From positions 55,800,001 through 55,864,000 of the forward strand of contig NC_043000.1 of NCBI RefSeq assembly GCF_006345805.1: DNA of 64,000 nucleotides, read 5' to 3'. How positions within the stretch are numbered: position 1 is the stretch's first letter; every line of letters starts with the position of its first letter. Shown here piece by piece: positions 38,699 to 51,799 of this stretch. The translations under genes were made by a program, and so were the position numbers. A model generated the notes under the pieces. It saw only the letters and a program-made list of their open reading frames with translations. It was not told the origin of the DNA and did no database searches. This stretch comes from Octopus sinensis. Taxonomy: Eukaryota.

Positions 38699-41017
38699 GT
38701 AAGGTATAAACAACATTTCTACGAGAAGTGTTTTTTTTTTTTCCTGAGTGAAAATAAAAAGTAGTAATAAATATTGAAGAAAATTCCTTTCAAATTGTTT
38801 CCATACCATTTTATTGCAACGGAACAGAATACAGGTTTTATTCAAATACCAAAGATGCCTTAAAGTATGTCTTGTCGGACTGAGAATTAAATGTAAAATT
38901 ATTGATAAAAATTATATTGGTAATCTTTGTAATGTGTTTTCTTCTTTCAGTTTTTTTTTTCAGATAACTTTGGTGAAAGAAATATTTTCTGACTAATAAA
39001 AGAGGATAAATTTATGAGAGAGTGCAATGATCTGCTTATATTCAATGTACAGTAAGCAATTATTTAAAACTTATTTTTTAATAAAAGTATATGATATATT
39101 TTTTAAATATTTAATAGCTGGTAAAATGGATTTAGTTTCAGATTGTATTCTTATGTATTTGAAAGATTACATGCTTTTGCTATATGATGGTTTTTTTTTT
39201 ATTAAATAGCTCAATTATACCAGAGAAAGAACATACTATCTTCAGAAATGATTTTCAATACCAACACTACTGAAGCATCAGCGGTTAAAAAGAGGTTCCG
39301 TACAATTTGTGGCCTCTGTATAGTTTTACTTACTGCGTGAACCCAATACTTCATTTATCCTGTAACATGTTATTTTGTAGAATGATAAGAATACCAGCCC
39401 GTAATATCATATATGTAGTTTAGAAATATTTTTATAATGACGTATATGAATGCAGAATCGTTAGATCGCCTTTACATTCAGAGTTCAAAACCCACCGAGG
39501 TCACCTGTACCATTTATCCTTTCCGGTACGATCAAATAAAGTATCAGTCAAGTACTGGGTTCGATGATATATCATTTTTATAGTCACATTTACATAATCC
39601 AAAATATTTTTTCTTATATGGTTCGCCTCCTTGATTTCTCATTGAATGCTGAAACAAACATGCGTTGGAAGTTCCTAGTATCGAATGATAAACATTTCCC
39701 TGATAACCGTATTTATAAGAAAACTTTTTAATAGACGTTCCACATAAGTTTCTTCGAGCTACTGCGCCCACTTCAAAAATCAGTATCACACGTAAGTTAC
39801 ACCCAGCACCCACTTCAATATGTAATTTTAGAAACCTAGATACTTGCCCCATCGATAAGGCATGCATGGTTATCTCATACAAGGAAACGTCACCTCATTT
39901 TTACCAAACAATGAAACTGGAATGAAAAGATATTGGATTATGTACAAGTGACTTTAAAATAAGGTGTACTAAACTCCAATTTTCACTTCGGCACCTAAAC
40001 AAGAAGAAAAGCAATAAGCTGGTATGTCACATCTGGGACCTAAATGCCAAAAACACCCCACACACCATCAAGTGAGGCAACTATAAACGAAACACGCTAT
40101 ACATTAATGGATCAAACAGGTTCCAGCTCTGTATAACGGAAAAAATATTATTTTTGAATTTAAGAACTCCAGTGGATACCTTGGTCAAATGGCTTCTATT
40201 ATAACCTCATGCCGACCAATGCCGTCCGAGTAGATTTGGTACACAGAGCTGAAAAAAGTCCATCGAGTATGTATGTGTTTGTCTGCGTACGTGTGTGTGT
40301 GTTTCTGTGTGTGCGCATGTGTGTGACATTGTGTTAGTCCCCCTCCACCGCTTGACAACCGGTGTTGGTGTGTTGCCGTTCGGCAAAAGAGACTGATAGA
40401 ATAAGTATCAGGTTATAAAAAAATTGAATACTGGGGTTGATTCGTTCGACTAAAATACAAGGCAAGCCACAATATGACCACAGTCTAATGACTGAAACCA
40501 GTAAAAGCTAAAGATAAATGATGTGGACAAGTTTCTACTATCGAACTGGAGACTCTACCCTACTCCAGATTAGGCTAATTTTTGTAACCCTTAGTTTCAA
40601 GGTTTTCTCGTTTCTTTCTTCTTTTCTTCCAGCTTTTCCCGCGTTCTACCTCTTTCTTTATCGCTTTCTCCTAAAAAGCAGCCATGTTTATTTTGAGCTT
40701 GAAAGATTGCAGGATACCACACAGATTTCTATATATGACTGGTAGTCAATAATAACTGTTTAACTGAATTGATTCACAGTTCAACGGACAATAATCTGCA
40801 AAATGTATTTGTAGAATTTCACAATAGCATCACGGTTACACACGAAATAATCTTGGCCCTCTTGAGATCTCCTGTCTCAAGAAGAAAATTATTTAAAAAT
40901 ATAACATTCTTTCACGGGCTAACTTTCCACGGACTAATTCTACCATATATACATATGATGTACAAATAGAGTTATACAAATTTTAATTGGCACAAGGACT
41001 TTGCAATAACCGTATAA

Positions 41018-41064
<47 letters not shown>

Positions 41065-41340
41065 TTAATAAACTTTTGCTTGTCAGTTTATTTGCACCCC
41101 CTCCATACACACACATGCATACATACACACAAATACTCGTACACACAAGTATATATATATATATATATATATGAGTTCAGCTGTCTTTAGTAACTGACTA
41201 TGAGTAATGTGCAACCCTTTAATTAACACAATATCTTATGCAGAAGAATATCTGGTGCCAATCTGGTTACTTTCTTAGACATTCATTACTTCACATGTAA
41301 ATGAACTTAGATCAAATTCCCTTGACTTACATTGACTTAC

Positions 41341-41453
41341 AACTGTTCTCTGGAAGTAGATTGGCCAACTTCCAAGCATCAGTTGCCAGTTTTCAAATGT
41401 ATTCATAGCATAGCCAATTTTCATTCTGCCTCGAATGATAGGAAAATTCAAGG
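41341..41453 (-). CDS. Candidate exon, product unknown
   Basis: Acceptor AATATTTCCAG, donor GTAAGT, 113 nt. One frame is fully open: LNFPIIRGRMKIGYAMNTFENWQLMLGSWPIYFQRTV. Confidence 0.3.
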
Positions 41454-44400
41454 CTGGAAATATTTATGTATTGATACCTCCTGTACTATATCTTGATGTT
41501 TTTCTTAATTATTTAATTGTTTTTAATGGATCGCTAACAAAAATACTCTTCGTGTTTTCTCTTTTGTGTATGTGTACGTGTTTGAGCTTTCAATGATTTT
41601 TTTCTTCAAACATTTAACACATTTAATGTAATTTCTTACTGATTCTGTTTTATTTGTTCGAAATTGAAGGGATGTCTATTTTTGTTCCAAAAGCATATTT
41701 TTATACTAATTAACCGGTTAATCTTATATAATTATTTATTTATTCACCATCTGTGAGTGGAATGTTTCATATTCTGGCAATCTTATGGACATCTCCCACG
41801 AGATGGTTTTAAATTATTTTCTGAGACGACCAGGAACCTCTTCAGTTCCACAATAAACTCATTATTATCTTTGTTATTGGTGTTATCGATGATGGCGACA
41901 ATTTTTATGCGTTTAACGTAAAGTCAACTTTGATAATGCCGGCCTATAATTAAATGAATTTGACACATACATAAGAAACCATATTTTCTATCTTATGGGT
42001 ATCTATCTCGCCACTGTATTATTTTACATATTAGTCTATACAAATGATCTGAGGTTGATTTTAATTCTGTTTCTATCAGGTCGGTTGACTGCATAGAGAA
42101 ATCGTCAGATACGTTGAAGTAATTCTCAAATGACTATTCATTCATTGCCAGATATGCTAAATTAAAAAAAGTGTTCTAACTCATTGTGCTGAAGTTAAAT
42201 ATTTTAACAAATTGATTAAAACTTCTCTATAGATAATTCAATCCCAGTAGAATTATAAAGCCAGTGGTAGAAAGTAAAATATTGATTTATTTATAAATTC
42301 TCAGGTTGTAAGTTTAAATCCAAAGCACCAGTTTCTCTGGAAATCTAAAACGTACATTTTCATACTCATACCAAAATTTACTTGGCATAAGACGTCTTTT
42401 GTGAATGCTACCTGCAGTAAATAGCCAACGGTATACATAAATATCTTAAACACACATCATCCTTTAAACGTTATGGAACTAGAATTCAAGCGACCCGACT
42501 TTTCAAGTCAGAAAACTAACATGTATGAGGAAAGTTCTCTGTTGCAGTTTTCCTACTTGCTGTTCTCACCTGACTCAATATCAACTCCAACCGAGCAAAC
42601 CTTTGATGAAGAAGATTCCCGCTGTGACTGTCTCGTCATTTTATTTCAGACATGATACAAATCTAAATGAATAATAGAAACTTTTCTCTTTTTTTAAGAT
42701 GCCTGGGTACGATTTGAAGGAAATTCAGCCAATATTTGAAGCAGTTCAAAGAATTGCAAAGAGGATCACTCGTTCATTCAGATTTGTTGTAGTTTCAAAT
42801 GAACGAAATAACATTATTTTCCAAAAGAATTATATCATTATGTGAATAATATCCCAGGAAAAATTATCTTTATATTCCATTACATTATTTATCTTCTCTC
42901 AATGAATTTGTCTATCACGTTCTCGTCCTGATACGGCAATAACACTGCAATACCACACAGGGTATTTTTATTTTGTTCTGTTTCTTTCTGGGAGATGTTT
43001 CTTCCGCATCCCGGACCAAAGTACCGAGCGATTTCTCATCCGTATTCTGTTTATTTTGTTTTTGTTTTGTTTTTATTTTTTTCTGTAGACGTCAACTTCC
43101 TAACATTCAAGTTGGGTAAGGTGGCGAACAGGCGGAATCGTTGACACACCCGACAAAATGTTTAGTGGCATTTCGCCTGCTTTTATGTTCTGTTTTCAAA
43201 TTCCACCGTGATCGATTTTGCATTTCATCTTTTCGGTGTCGATGAAATAAGTACCAGTTGAGCATTGGGCTCAATGTAATTGACTTACACCCCTCCCAAT
43301 ATCCCTGGCCTTGTGCCAAAATTTGAAACCAATTGGATATCACTAAAACCAACTTCAGTAACCTGTAAAACCCTAAAAAGGAGATGTGTACTGCACATCT
43401 TTCTTCTACTGGCTTAAAAAGCAGTAAGAAACATTTCAATCGCATATATAAAGTATTGATTCATTTACTGCGAATTGTCAGATCGTTAGAATGTTGGATA
43501 GAATTATTTACAGTATTTGTTCCAAACCACAACATTCTGAGTTCTAACCCTGTCGTGACATCTTTTGCTATTATCACTTACAGGTTGATAAATAAAGTAC
43601 CAGCCCTGTAAATGGCTCTGTTTCTTCTCTCTTTCTCTGTCACTCCCACACACCTTCACATCGTAACTTCACCAATCCACTCAATATCCCTTTGTAGACA
43701 CAGCAAGAATGAAAGAACGAAAAATAGGCCAGGATAAAATTCGAAAAAAACTGCGTATTACGAAAAAAACATAAGGCATACTTCTGTGCCATGAGGGAAA
43801 GAAATGCTTAATGTTCTCCTGTTTCCGTTACAAGAAGGAACTGTGTGTTGATTGCTCTGAGTAAATTTCTTCGCTAAATTGCATAGGAACGGCTTTATTG
43901 CTTTTATCTTGTTTTAGTTAATGTACATTGTTTTATTTTAAATAGTACTCACTTAGTAGCATTGTATTCGTAACCTAAATGTTATCCTGTTGTCCATTAG
44001 TTCAAGTCATTTCCAGATTGCAACTGTTGAGTGTAATTCACAATTTAGCTATCTAAGTGTTAAACGTTTGTTTTTATGCGAAAATATTCGAAAATATCCA
44101 ATATAATATGTGAAATAAAAATCTATTTAGTGGTAAGATACCCTCCCTAAAACATTCAATTAAAATGTGCTTTTCTTTACAGAAAGGTTATGTAATCAGA
44201 ATGCTTAAATGAAAGAAGTAAAAGCGATTTACTCTGAACAAAACACAAGAACGATGTTAGCATGGTGGATCAGAAAAATGCTGCATTTAGATGAACAATG
44301 AAGCTTAAACGTGTCGTTCGGTCTAAAAAACGTAGAGGCTAAATCGCCATGCTGTAACACTCAACCATCTTCAATGTAGCAAGATAAAATTGATAATGTA

Positions 44401-46143
44401 GTCCTGGTTTTACAAAATCTTTGATCCTGGATCTGCTCCAGCAGGAAGTACTTGAGGTTAAATGGCAATAACTACAACAAAGTGTCGTTTATTAGACAAG
44501 GGCAAAATACTTCATGTTCTATTAGTGTTATATTTTTCTGCAACAAATACAGATTACATTATGTACTCAACCCAGCGAAATAAGTGACGTAGGAAGTTAT
44601 TGTTCACCACTACAAGCAACAGAACATTGAATGAGTAACAAACATTTGTAAAATTTCCCATAACCCAAAAATCAAACTACAATGAATTTGTATCCCATCT
44701 AAGAAGACAGTAAAGTCTCAGCAGAAAAATACTTCGACAACAGAGATGTGCCCAGTAATGTTGCTGGTGATGATGATTGATGCGAGTGACTGTGGTCTAG
44801 GTTGATAAAAAGACGCAAATTGATATTTGATCAACATTTCTCGCATTTAATATTCAGGTATAATAATCAGAATTTCAAGCAGCAGAGTGATTTGAATTAG
44901 TAGGAGACAATTCATTGCAAAATAAAACATTGAACGGCATACTTTTGAGCCATTCGGGACAAGTGATGCTTAAATGTTGTTGTTTTTTTATTTTTTGCTT
45001 TCATTATGCGAATAATGCTGTGTTGTGCGAATTATGGGAATAGCGTTTATAGTTCTGGGGTAGAATTCTTCAATGGGTAAAGCATGTGACTTATAGCCTC
45101 GTATTTTATCCAAGAGCAGTATTTTTCATTCAAGACATTTAAATATGTTTCATCTCATGTCACAGAAGCATATTTTGCTATTACTATGTTTAATGGCTAT
45201 TTTTCTCACATTTTGATATTTTTATTTCGACACAGAATATTATTATTTCACACGCACAGGCTAAATTTCTTATATGTGTTTGCTTTTTATTGTAGAATTG
45301 TTGTTGTTACTTGAAATTTTCTTTTTTCTTTTAATCTGTCATTTCATAAACAAAGCAACTGGAGGATAGAATGAACCATTAAACTCGTTTCTTTACAAGT
45401 TAAAAACACAGTTATTGAAGTGTTTTTGTCCTAAAGCAATGAAGAATCAAAGAGCTGCTCCAAATATATTTACCAATAACGTGTATATGGAATAAATATA
45501 GAAATTTAAAGCCATAACATGTCACAAACTCTTTAAAAAAACAATGTCGCCAGCTTCAATTGACTTGTCATCAAGTTACTTTCAAATATCAAAAGTCTAA
45601 AGAAAAGCTATTAAGTGAGAATACTCCAGACTGCAGCTTGTACATAGAAAAGGACATTTTCTTAATGTCTATTCACTCATTGATTGAAGCTGAATTCTCA
45701 GATCAATAGGCTTTTACAGTCCAATACTTATTTCAAACACTTAATAATCTTGATGCGGGGGAACAGTTTCTGCTGATGTTGGGGTTACTGAAGTCTATTA
45801 TTGCAAATATTATTATTATTATTTATGTTAATGATATTCCTCACGCTGATGGTTGAAGATTTTTACCACATATTTTGATGTCTTAGTCTAATGGACTAGT
45901 GAACACAGTTCGTAGGTTCAAAACTTACCAAGGTTCAGAGATATGTTTTGTGTAACTAAAAAAGAAAACACTCCGCTAAATTTGACGGTAGACTAGTTAA
46001 AACTAGGACAAGCACACAGCAGTGAAAACATTTCTCTCCAACAAATAAACCGTCCCACTCACAAACTTGGAAAGAGACACGACACACAGACACACACGTA
46101 CGTTTATACATAGAGGAATGATATATATATGTCATCATATATA

Positions 46144-46207
<64 letters not shown>

Positions 46208-46302
46208 TATAGTGACATATATATATCGTTCTGTTAACGTTTTGGCGTTCAGACTAGTGTACTGGCATAGATGTGGCAACATTTGAAATATTGTCTAGGT
46301 AT

Positions 46303-46373
46303 ATGCAACTGATGAAGACAAATCAAATCTACGTTGTCAAACGTATTTGAAGAGTCTGAAACCGGTCCTGCAT
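46303..46373 (+). ncRNA. Type I hammerhead-like motif with intact core and extended stem II
   Basis: AUGCAA-CUGAUGA-AGAC(...UCAAAU cu ACGUU guca AACGU AUUUGA...)GUCU-GAAAC-CG-GU-C|CUGCAU. Stem III is the palindromic ACCGGU; stem I has 5 bp plus one A.C mismatch next to the core. Confidence 0.55.
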
Positions 46374-46558
46374 TATCCGATTCTAGGTTTTCCATTTTTC
46401 AGATGTTCTTCCTAGAGGTAAGACTATTTTTTTCCTGTTTGTTGCACACATGCGTCTTTGCTAGTATATACGCAGTGAAGCTATACAATAGCGTCGTATT
46501 TATTACGATTGCTATTTTCCAGTAAATTTCGGTGCCTTGTTGTACCATTTATTTACTT

Positions 46559-46608
<50 letters not shown>

Positions 46609-46641
46609 ATTATATATATATATACATATATATATATATAC

Positions 46642-46681
<40 letters not shown>

Positions 46682-46682
<1 letters not shown>

Positions 46683-47523
46683 TAGCTGACGTACCCGGTA
46701 ATTCCCGGGAAAGTGGGGCTCATCCCTTGGTTCCGTCCTCATAATTGTTTCACTAATCCAATAACAACAACACAAAGTATGTAACCCTTAAAACGGCTAT
46801 TGTGCATTTACAGAGAATACGGAACTGTCATACACAGGATCTTGTTTTTAGGAATTCCCAATAAGCTATGAATGCCCATATTGTGAAGTCAGTTATGTAA
46901 TAACATGAAATTAGTTACCGATAGTAAGAATTCAAATAAAGTAGCCCCGAAAAGGACTTTAGTTCGTTCCCAGTGTATATAGAACATAGGAGGAAATACT
47001 AATAAGGTATGAACACAAAAATCGTGAAACATGTTACATAATAACAGGCTAATCAGATATGAGATAATAGCAATTCAAAGTAAATAACTCTGAAAAGGGC
47101 TTTTGTGTGTTCCCAGAAAATATTACCTTCAGCGACGCTAGGGTTGGGATATTTGTGAATAGGTAACTAATCGAAATAAGTGGATCTATTGTTTAGAAAA
47201 ATACTATTTACTTGTTTAAGGGTTGTACTGGGTAAATTGTGAAAATATCTCTAACAGTTCATATATTAAGAAATAAGCATACTCAGTTTCATTATTACCA
47301 ATTAATTTAGGAAAATAAATGGGTTATTTGCCTTGCCTATATATAAGGAACCCTTCCAGGGGCCCTATTATCAATTTTTGCAACAATCTGAGTATGCCAT
47401 AAGTTTCCAGACATAGGTTCTACTCACGTGTCAAGTTTCATAAAAATCGATAAAACGATGTAGGAGGAGTTAGCGAACAACTCCACAAACACAGCCACAG
47501 ACAGAATTCCCCACATAGGTCGT

Positions 47524-47526
<3 letters not shown>
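46682..47526 (-). mobile_element. Non-autonomous canonical Helitron
   Basis: On the minus strand it starts TC and ends CTAG, and sits between A and T. A subterminal hairpin CCCGG-6nt-CCGGG lies 8 nt from the CTAG. It is inserted in (TA)n. Confidence 0.85.
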
Positions 47527-47555
<29 letters not shown>

Positions 47556-47673
47556 CTATGTACATATGCATATATTTATATATTATTTATATATATATAT
47601 ATATATATATACATGGACACACACATACGTAAGTATATGTGTATGTATGCTTGCTTCGATGTTTTGACCATAC

Positions 47674-47809
47674 CATGTTTTCTGTCTGTTCGCCAGTTGT
47701 GTAGCTTCAATTGCTAATTGCATTTCACAGCTCTTGAGCTCTGTCCCTCTGCTGAGTAGGCAGGAATGGTAGTTCAACATACGTACTTCGTTTTTACATA
47801 AAATTGGAA
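47674..47809 (-). CDS. Candidate internal coding exon (phase 1-2), product unknown
   Basis: Acceptor GCCCTGTTTCCTAG, donor GTATGG, 136 nt. Only one frame is open: PILCKNEVRMLNYHSCLLSRGTELKSCEMQLAIEATQLANRQKT. Confidence 0.35.
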
Positions 47810-48764
47810 CTAGGAAACAGGGCATGTTTATGAAAACTTGTTTGTATGAATGAACTTTATGTAAATTCGTTTATCTGAGACAACGTAACTTATGTATAAC
47901 TACCTATTTAACTTATATGCGAATTCGTGTAATGCAATTTAGCTTAGACTTAAATACATGCGCTTATGATTCCAAATTAGCTTATATACAAATATATGTT
48001 TCAAGATAGAAAATAGCTAATACATAAATACAACCTCTAGTAAGAGGAATTTAACAAAAAGTCCATATAGGTGTGTGTATGTCTCTGCGAGTGTATGTGT
48101 GTGTCTTTTTTTTTATCATAAGTCTCTTTATTTGACTTACATTTTACCTCTTCTCTCTCTCTATCTCTCTCTCTCTATCACTCTCTCTATCTCTCTATCT
48201 CTCTCTGTCACTCTCTCTCCCTCTCTTTTTTATTCTGCATACTGTTCGTTATCGTCGCTTTTTCTGCACGCCAAAGGTTCCTCTGCTACCTCTCACCCAT
48301 TTTAAAGGCGCACAGCTGAGACTTCTGTAAAACTTTTGAAATGCACAAAGCTGGAAAGGTATAAAAATTTCTCCAATATTATTTATATTGATTCTTGAAA
48401 TTAAATTTCTGATGATAAAAGTAAATTTCTATTCGCAAAATATTAGTTTTATTTCAAAGTGTGAATAGAAAAAAACACAAGCATGTAATTTTTTCCCTAC
48501 TAACTGCTACAAAATATATTTATTCAACGACTTTTTCCATCTTTCATTTGTGAATAAACTTTCGTGGAAGCTTAATGAACCAATAAACCTGAGAAAAGGC
48601 TCAAGGCATTTGACAAATTATTTTATATAGGTTTCTTCTTTGAGAATCCGATTACGCCCTATAATACCTATCGAAAAAATAAATTCTGTTTTGTTAAGTT
48701 GGTGTGGTTTACTTACCTTAGTTGGTAAAATAAAATATGTGAAAGTTCATGTGGTATATCTTAC

Positions 48765-48790
48765 CTGTTATGTGTGTGTGTGTGTTTGTG

Positions 48791-48823
<33 letters not shown>

Positions 48824-48828
48824 ATGTA

Positions 48829-48864
<36 letters not shown>

Positions 48865-48922
48865 TGTGTGTGTGTGTGTTTGAATGTTTCTAGCAAACTG
48901 CATGCCTATTTGTTTCGCTAAC
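48765..48922 (-). other. Candidate exon containing a (CA)n microsatellite
   Basis: Acceptor CACCTCTCGTTTCAG, donor CAG|GTAAGA. It is open in a frame that ends in phase 1, compatible with the 47809 exon. Confidence 0.25.
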
Positions 48923-49276
48923 CTGAAACGAGAGGTGCATTATGTATTAGAGCAAAATACTTCTCTTCACTTAGCTCCAAGTCACTCAGCTGTAAAATGA
49001 ATAACCACACGACTGACCGGAGGCCGGTTCAGAGGCTAGTTGTCATCTCCGTCACATATACGTCATGGAAATCAATAACTGGGTCTATGTAACTTAGCAC
49101 CCGAAACTTTACAGTGAACATGTCCCGTCATTGGAGAAAATCTATCTTATTTGGAAATAGGTGAAGGCTGGTGACAAAGAGACCATCGTGATGTAAAAAA
49201 TCAACTACAACAAATTTCGTCTGACCTGTGTGAGCATGGTAAACAAGCTATATATATATATATATATTCTGGTGTT

Positions 49277-49314
49277 CCATTTTGCCGAAGAGCGTAGGCT
49301 CGAAACGTAGAAGA
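49277..49314 (+). ncRNA. Second copy of the non-canonical hammerhead-shaped motif
   Basis: UUGCCGA-A-GAGC(GUAG)GCUC-GAAAC-GU-A|GAAGA. The downstream flank is homologous to 36937-37010; stem I is decayed. Confidence 0.3.
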
Positions 49315-49506
49315 CTTTCTCACCTTCCTGAGCGTTAAAATAATACACCTGTTTGCTGTTTATACACCTAGCTTCCTCTTTTGTTCTTTTGTAAATTCCA
49401 ACTATATATATATGTGTGTGTGTGTGTACATACATATGTATGTACCTATGTATCTAGGTATCTATGTATCTATGTATGTATGGATGGATATGGTACACTC
49501 TAGATT

Positions 49507-49580
<74 letters not shown>

Positions 49581-49587
49581 GACCCAA

Positions 49588-49885
49588 GCGTGGCTGTGTG
49601 GTAAGAAACTTGCTTCCCAAACACATGGTTCCAGTTTCAGTCCTACTGCGTGGCACCTTGGGCAAGTGTCTCCTATTATACCTTCCGGCCGACCAAACAA
49701 CTGGTAGACGGAGACTGTAAGAAGCCCGTCATACAGATATATATACATTTATGTGTGTGTATATGTGTATGTGTGTGTCTTTAGATGGGTGTTTATCCTC
49801 CCCTCGCCGCTTGTAAACCAGGGTGTGTGCGTCAATGTAACTTAGCGGCTCTGCATAAGTATGGCCGCAGTCAAAGGACGGTGTC
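49588..49885 (+). mobile_element. SINE family B
   Basis: GCGTGGCTGTGTGGTAAGAAACTTGCTTCCC head; GGCACCTTGGGCAAGTGTC core. Confidence 0.78.
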
Positions 49886-50768
49886 CACAAAAGTAAAGTT
49901 ATGGTATCGGTGGAGGCACGTGGCCTAGTGGTTAGAGAAGTGGACACGCGGTCGTGTGATTGCAGGTTCGAATCTAAGACCGGGTGATGTGTGTGTTTAT
50001 GAGCGAAACACTTAAGCGGCACAAGCAGACGGTAATGGCGAATTTCTGCTGACTCCTTTGCAACAACTTTCTCTCACTCTGTTCTTCTGCATCTAGCGGT
50101 TCACCTGCAACAGAGCTCGTCGTCCCGTCCAGGTGAGGAATATATAAGCCAATGAAACCTGGATGGCTCAAGAAGAAACAAACAACTATGGTATCGAGAG
50201 ATATTCCAATACTATAGTATCGAGTAGCTTTCAGCAAGAAATGTGTGTGTGTGCTTGTGTATGTTCGTGGATTTGTGTCTAATTTGAAAACCTCAATTTA
50301 GTAAGTAAAAATTCTAAAATTTGAATTTATATGAATTTTCTAGACATTGTAGAGTTTAATAATGGTTTCTTTTTTTAAGTTAAATTTATATAATTCCAAC
50401 TTACTTATAAGCAGCTTTCTTTCTTATAGTATAGATGTCAATGTATATATAAGTTTGCATCCCTATCTGTGTTTATGTGTTTGCGTTTGGAATATCTATT
50501 GAGTTTCGAATAGCTATTGAGGGATGTATTTTTGATTGCGCATACGAATCACTATATATGTTTGTATGGAAAATATCTTTTGACATGTATACAAATCTAT
50601 AATTGTGCTTGTATACGAAATTTAATCTGTCAGCAATGGTATAGAGTTCTGATTGTACGTGTATATGTTTAGTGAATGACATTTAGTGCAGTATACTCAG
50701 ATGGAAGCTATATATATATATAATTCAGCACATGTGTGTAGAGCTCAATCTGCTGAGAAATGTATGCG

Positions 50769-50899
<131 letters not shown>

Positions 50900-51799
50900 C
50901 ATACATACATACCTTTTTGTACGGGGTGTATACTTTCAACCTCCTTTAGAGCTTCTTTTTTCTCTCCCATTCTTTCTCTCATTCATAATGTCTAAATTTC
51001 TCTCAGAAACATGTGAACGTCATCACATTAATTCTCGCTGCTTCACTATGTCACACTCTTTCGTTACTTACCGTTTTTCTTCGTCTTCATATACACGATA
51101 ACGCAAAAATATATGCGGCTATACATGTATGTGCATGTATGTATGTATGTGATGCACAGATATATATGTGGGTGCATGTGTTTGTAGGCATGTATACCAC
51201 ACACACATACTAACATATATATATATATATATGTACACTTACAAACAAGTATATATATGTATATATATTCTATATATATTAAATATACACGCACACACTC
51301 ACAGGTGCATAATTTATATGAGAATGCGTAGGTTATGTGTGTCTATGAGAAAGAGAGAGGGAAATAAAGAGAGAGAGATAAAGACAGAGAGGAAGTGAGC
51401 AAGTACATGTGTGAACGTGTGCATATGTGTGTATCTGTTTGTGTGAGCAGTCCTTTGTCCAAGCGTTATATGTTCAGTTTACTTCAGTTTTACTATTCAT
51501 TCGCAGCTTAAAAATTTTTATTTGAATTATTTTACAAAATTAAATTTGATAACATATGTAATTAGTTACAATTAGTTATCTTATAAACAAATATTGAAAG
51601 CAGTATTGCGATATGTTTGCCCTGAGCCTCAACACATGCAGTATATATATATATATGCATATATCACGTGATCACGTGAGCTACTAGACCATCAGATGTT
51701 GTTACACATCACTGGTCACAATGCGTTCGCATTGTTTTAGCCTTCGAATGACGCCATCCCGCTGGCTAAGCGAGCAGGCCAATATGCATATATATGTTT

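Noticed and set aside
38990-38992. In-frame TGA in an exon-like segment as a candidate A-to-I stop-to-Trp recoding site
   Set aside because: The A has a 5' G neighbour, which ADARs disfavour. A terminal exon or a non-exon is simpler, and the exon itself is unconfirmed.
42699-42845. Short ORF MPGYDLKEIQPIFEAVQR after a good acceptor
   Set aside because: It overlaps a decayed copy of a repeat also seen near 26440 and 31660 (GATTTGGCTGCTA-type).
43700-43870. Cys-rich remnant (CFRYKKELCVDC) resembling a piggyBac C-terminal domain
   Set aside because: Too short and broken, and no TTAA-flanked TIR was found.
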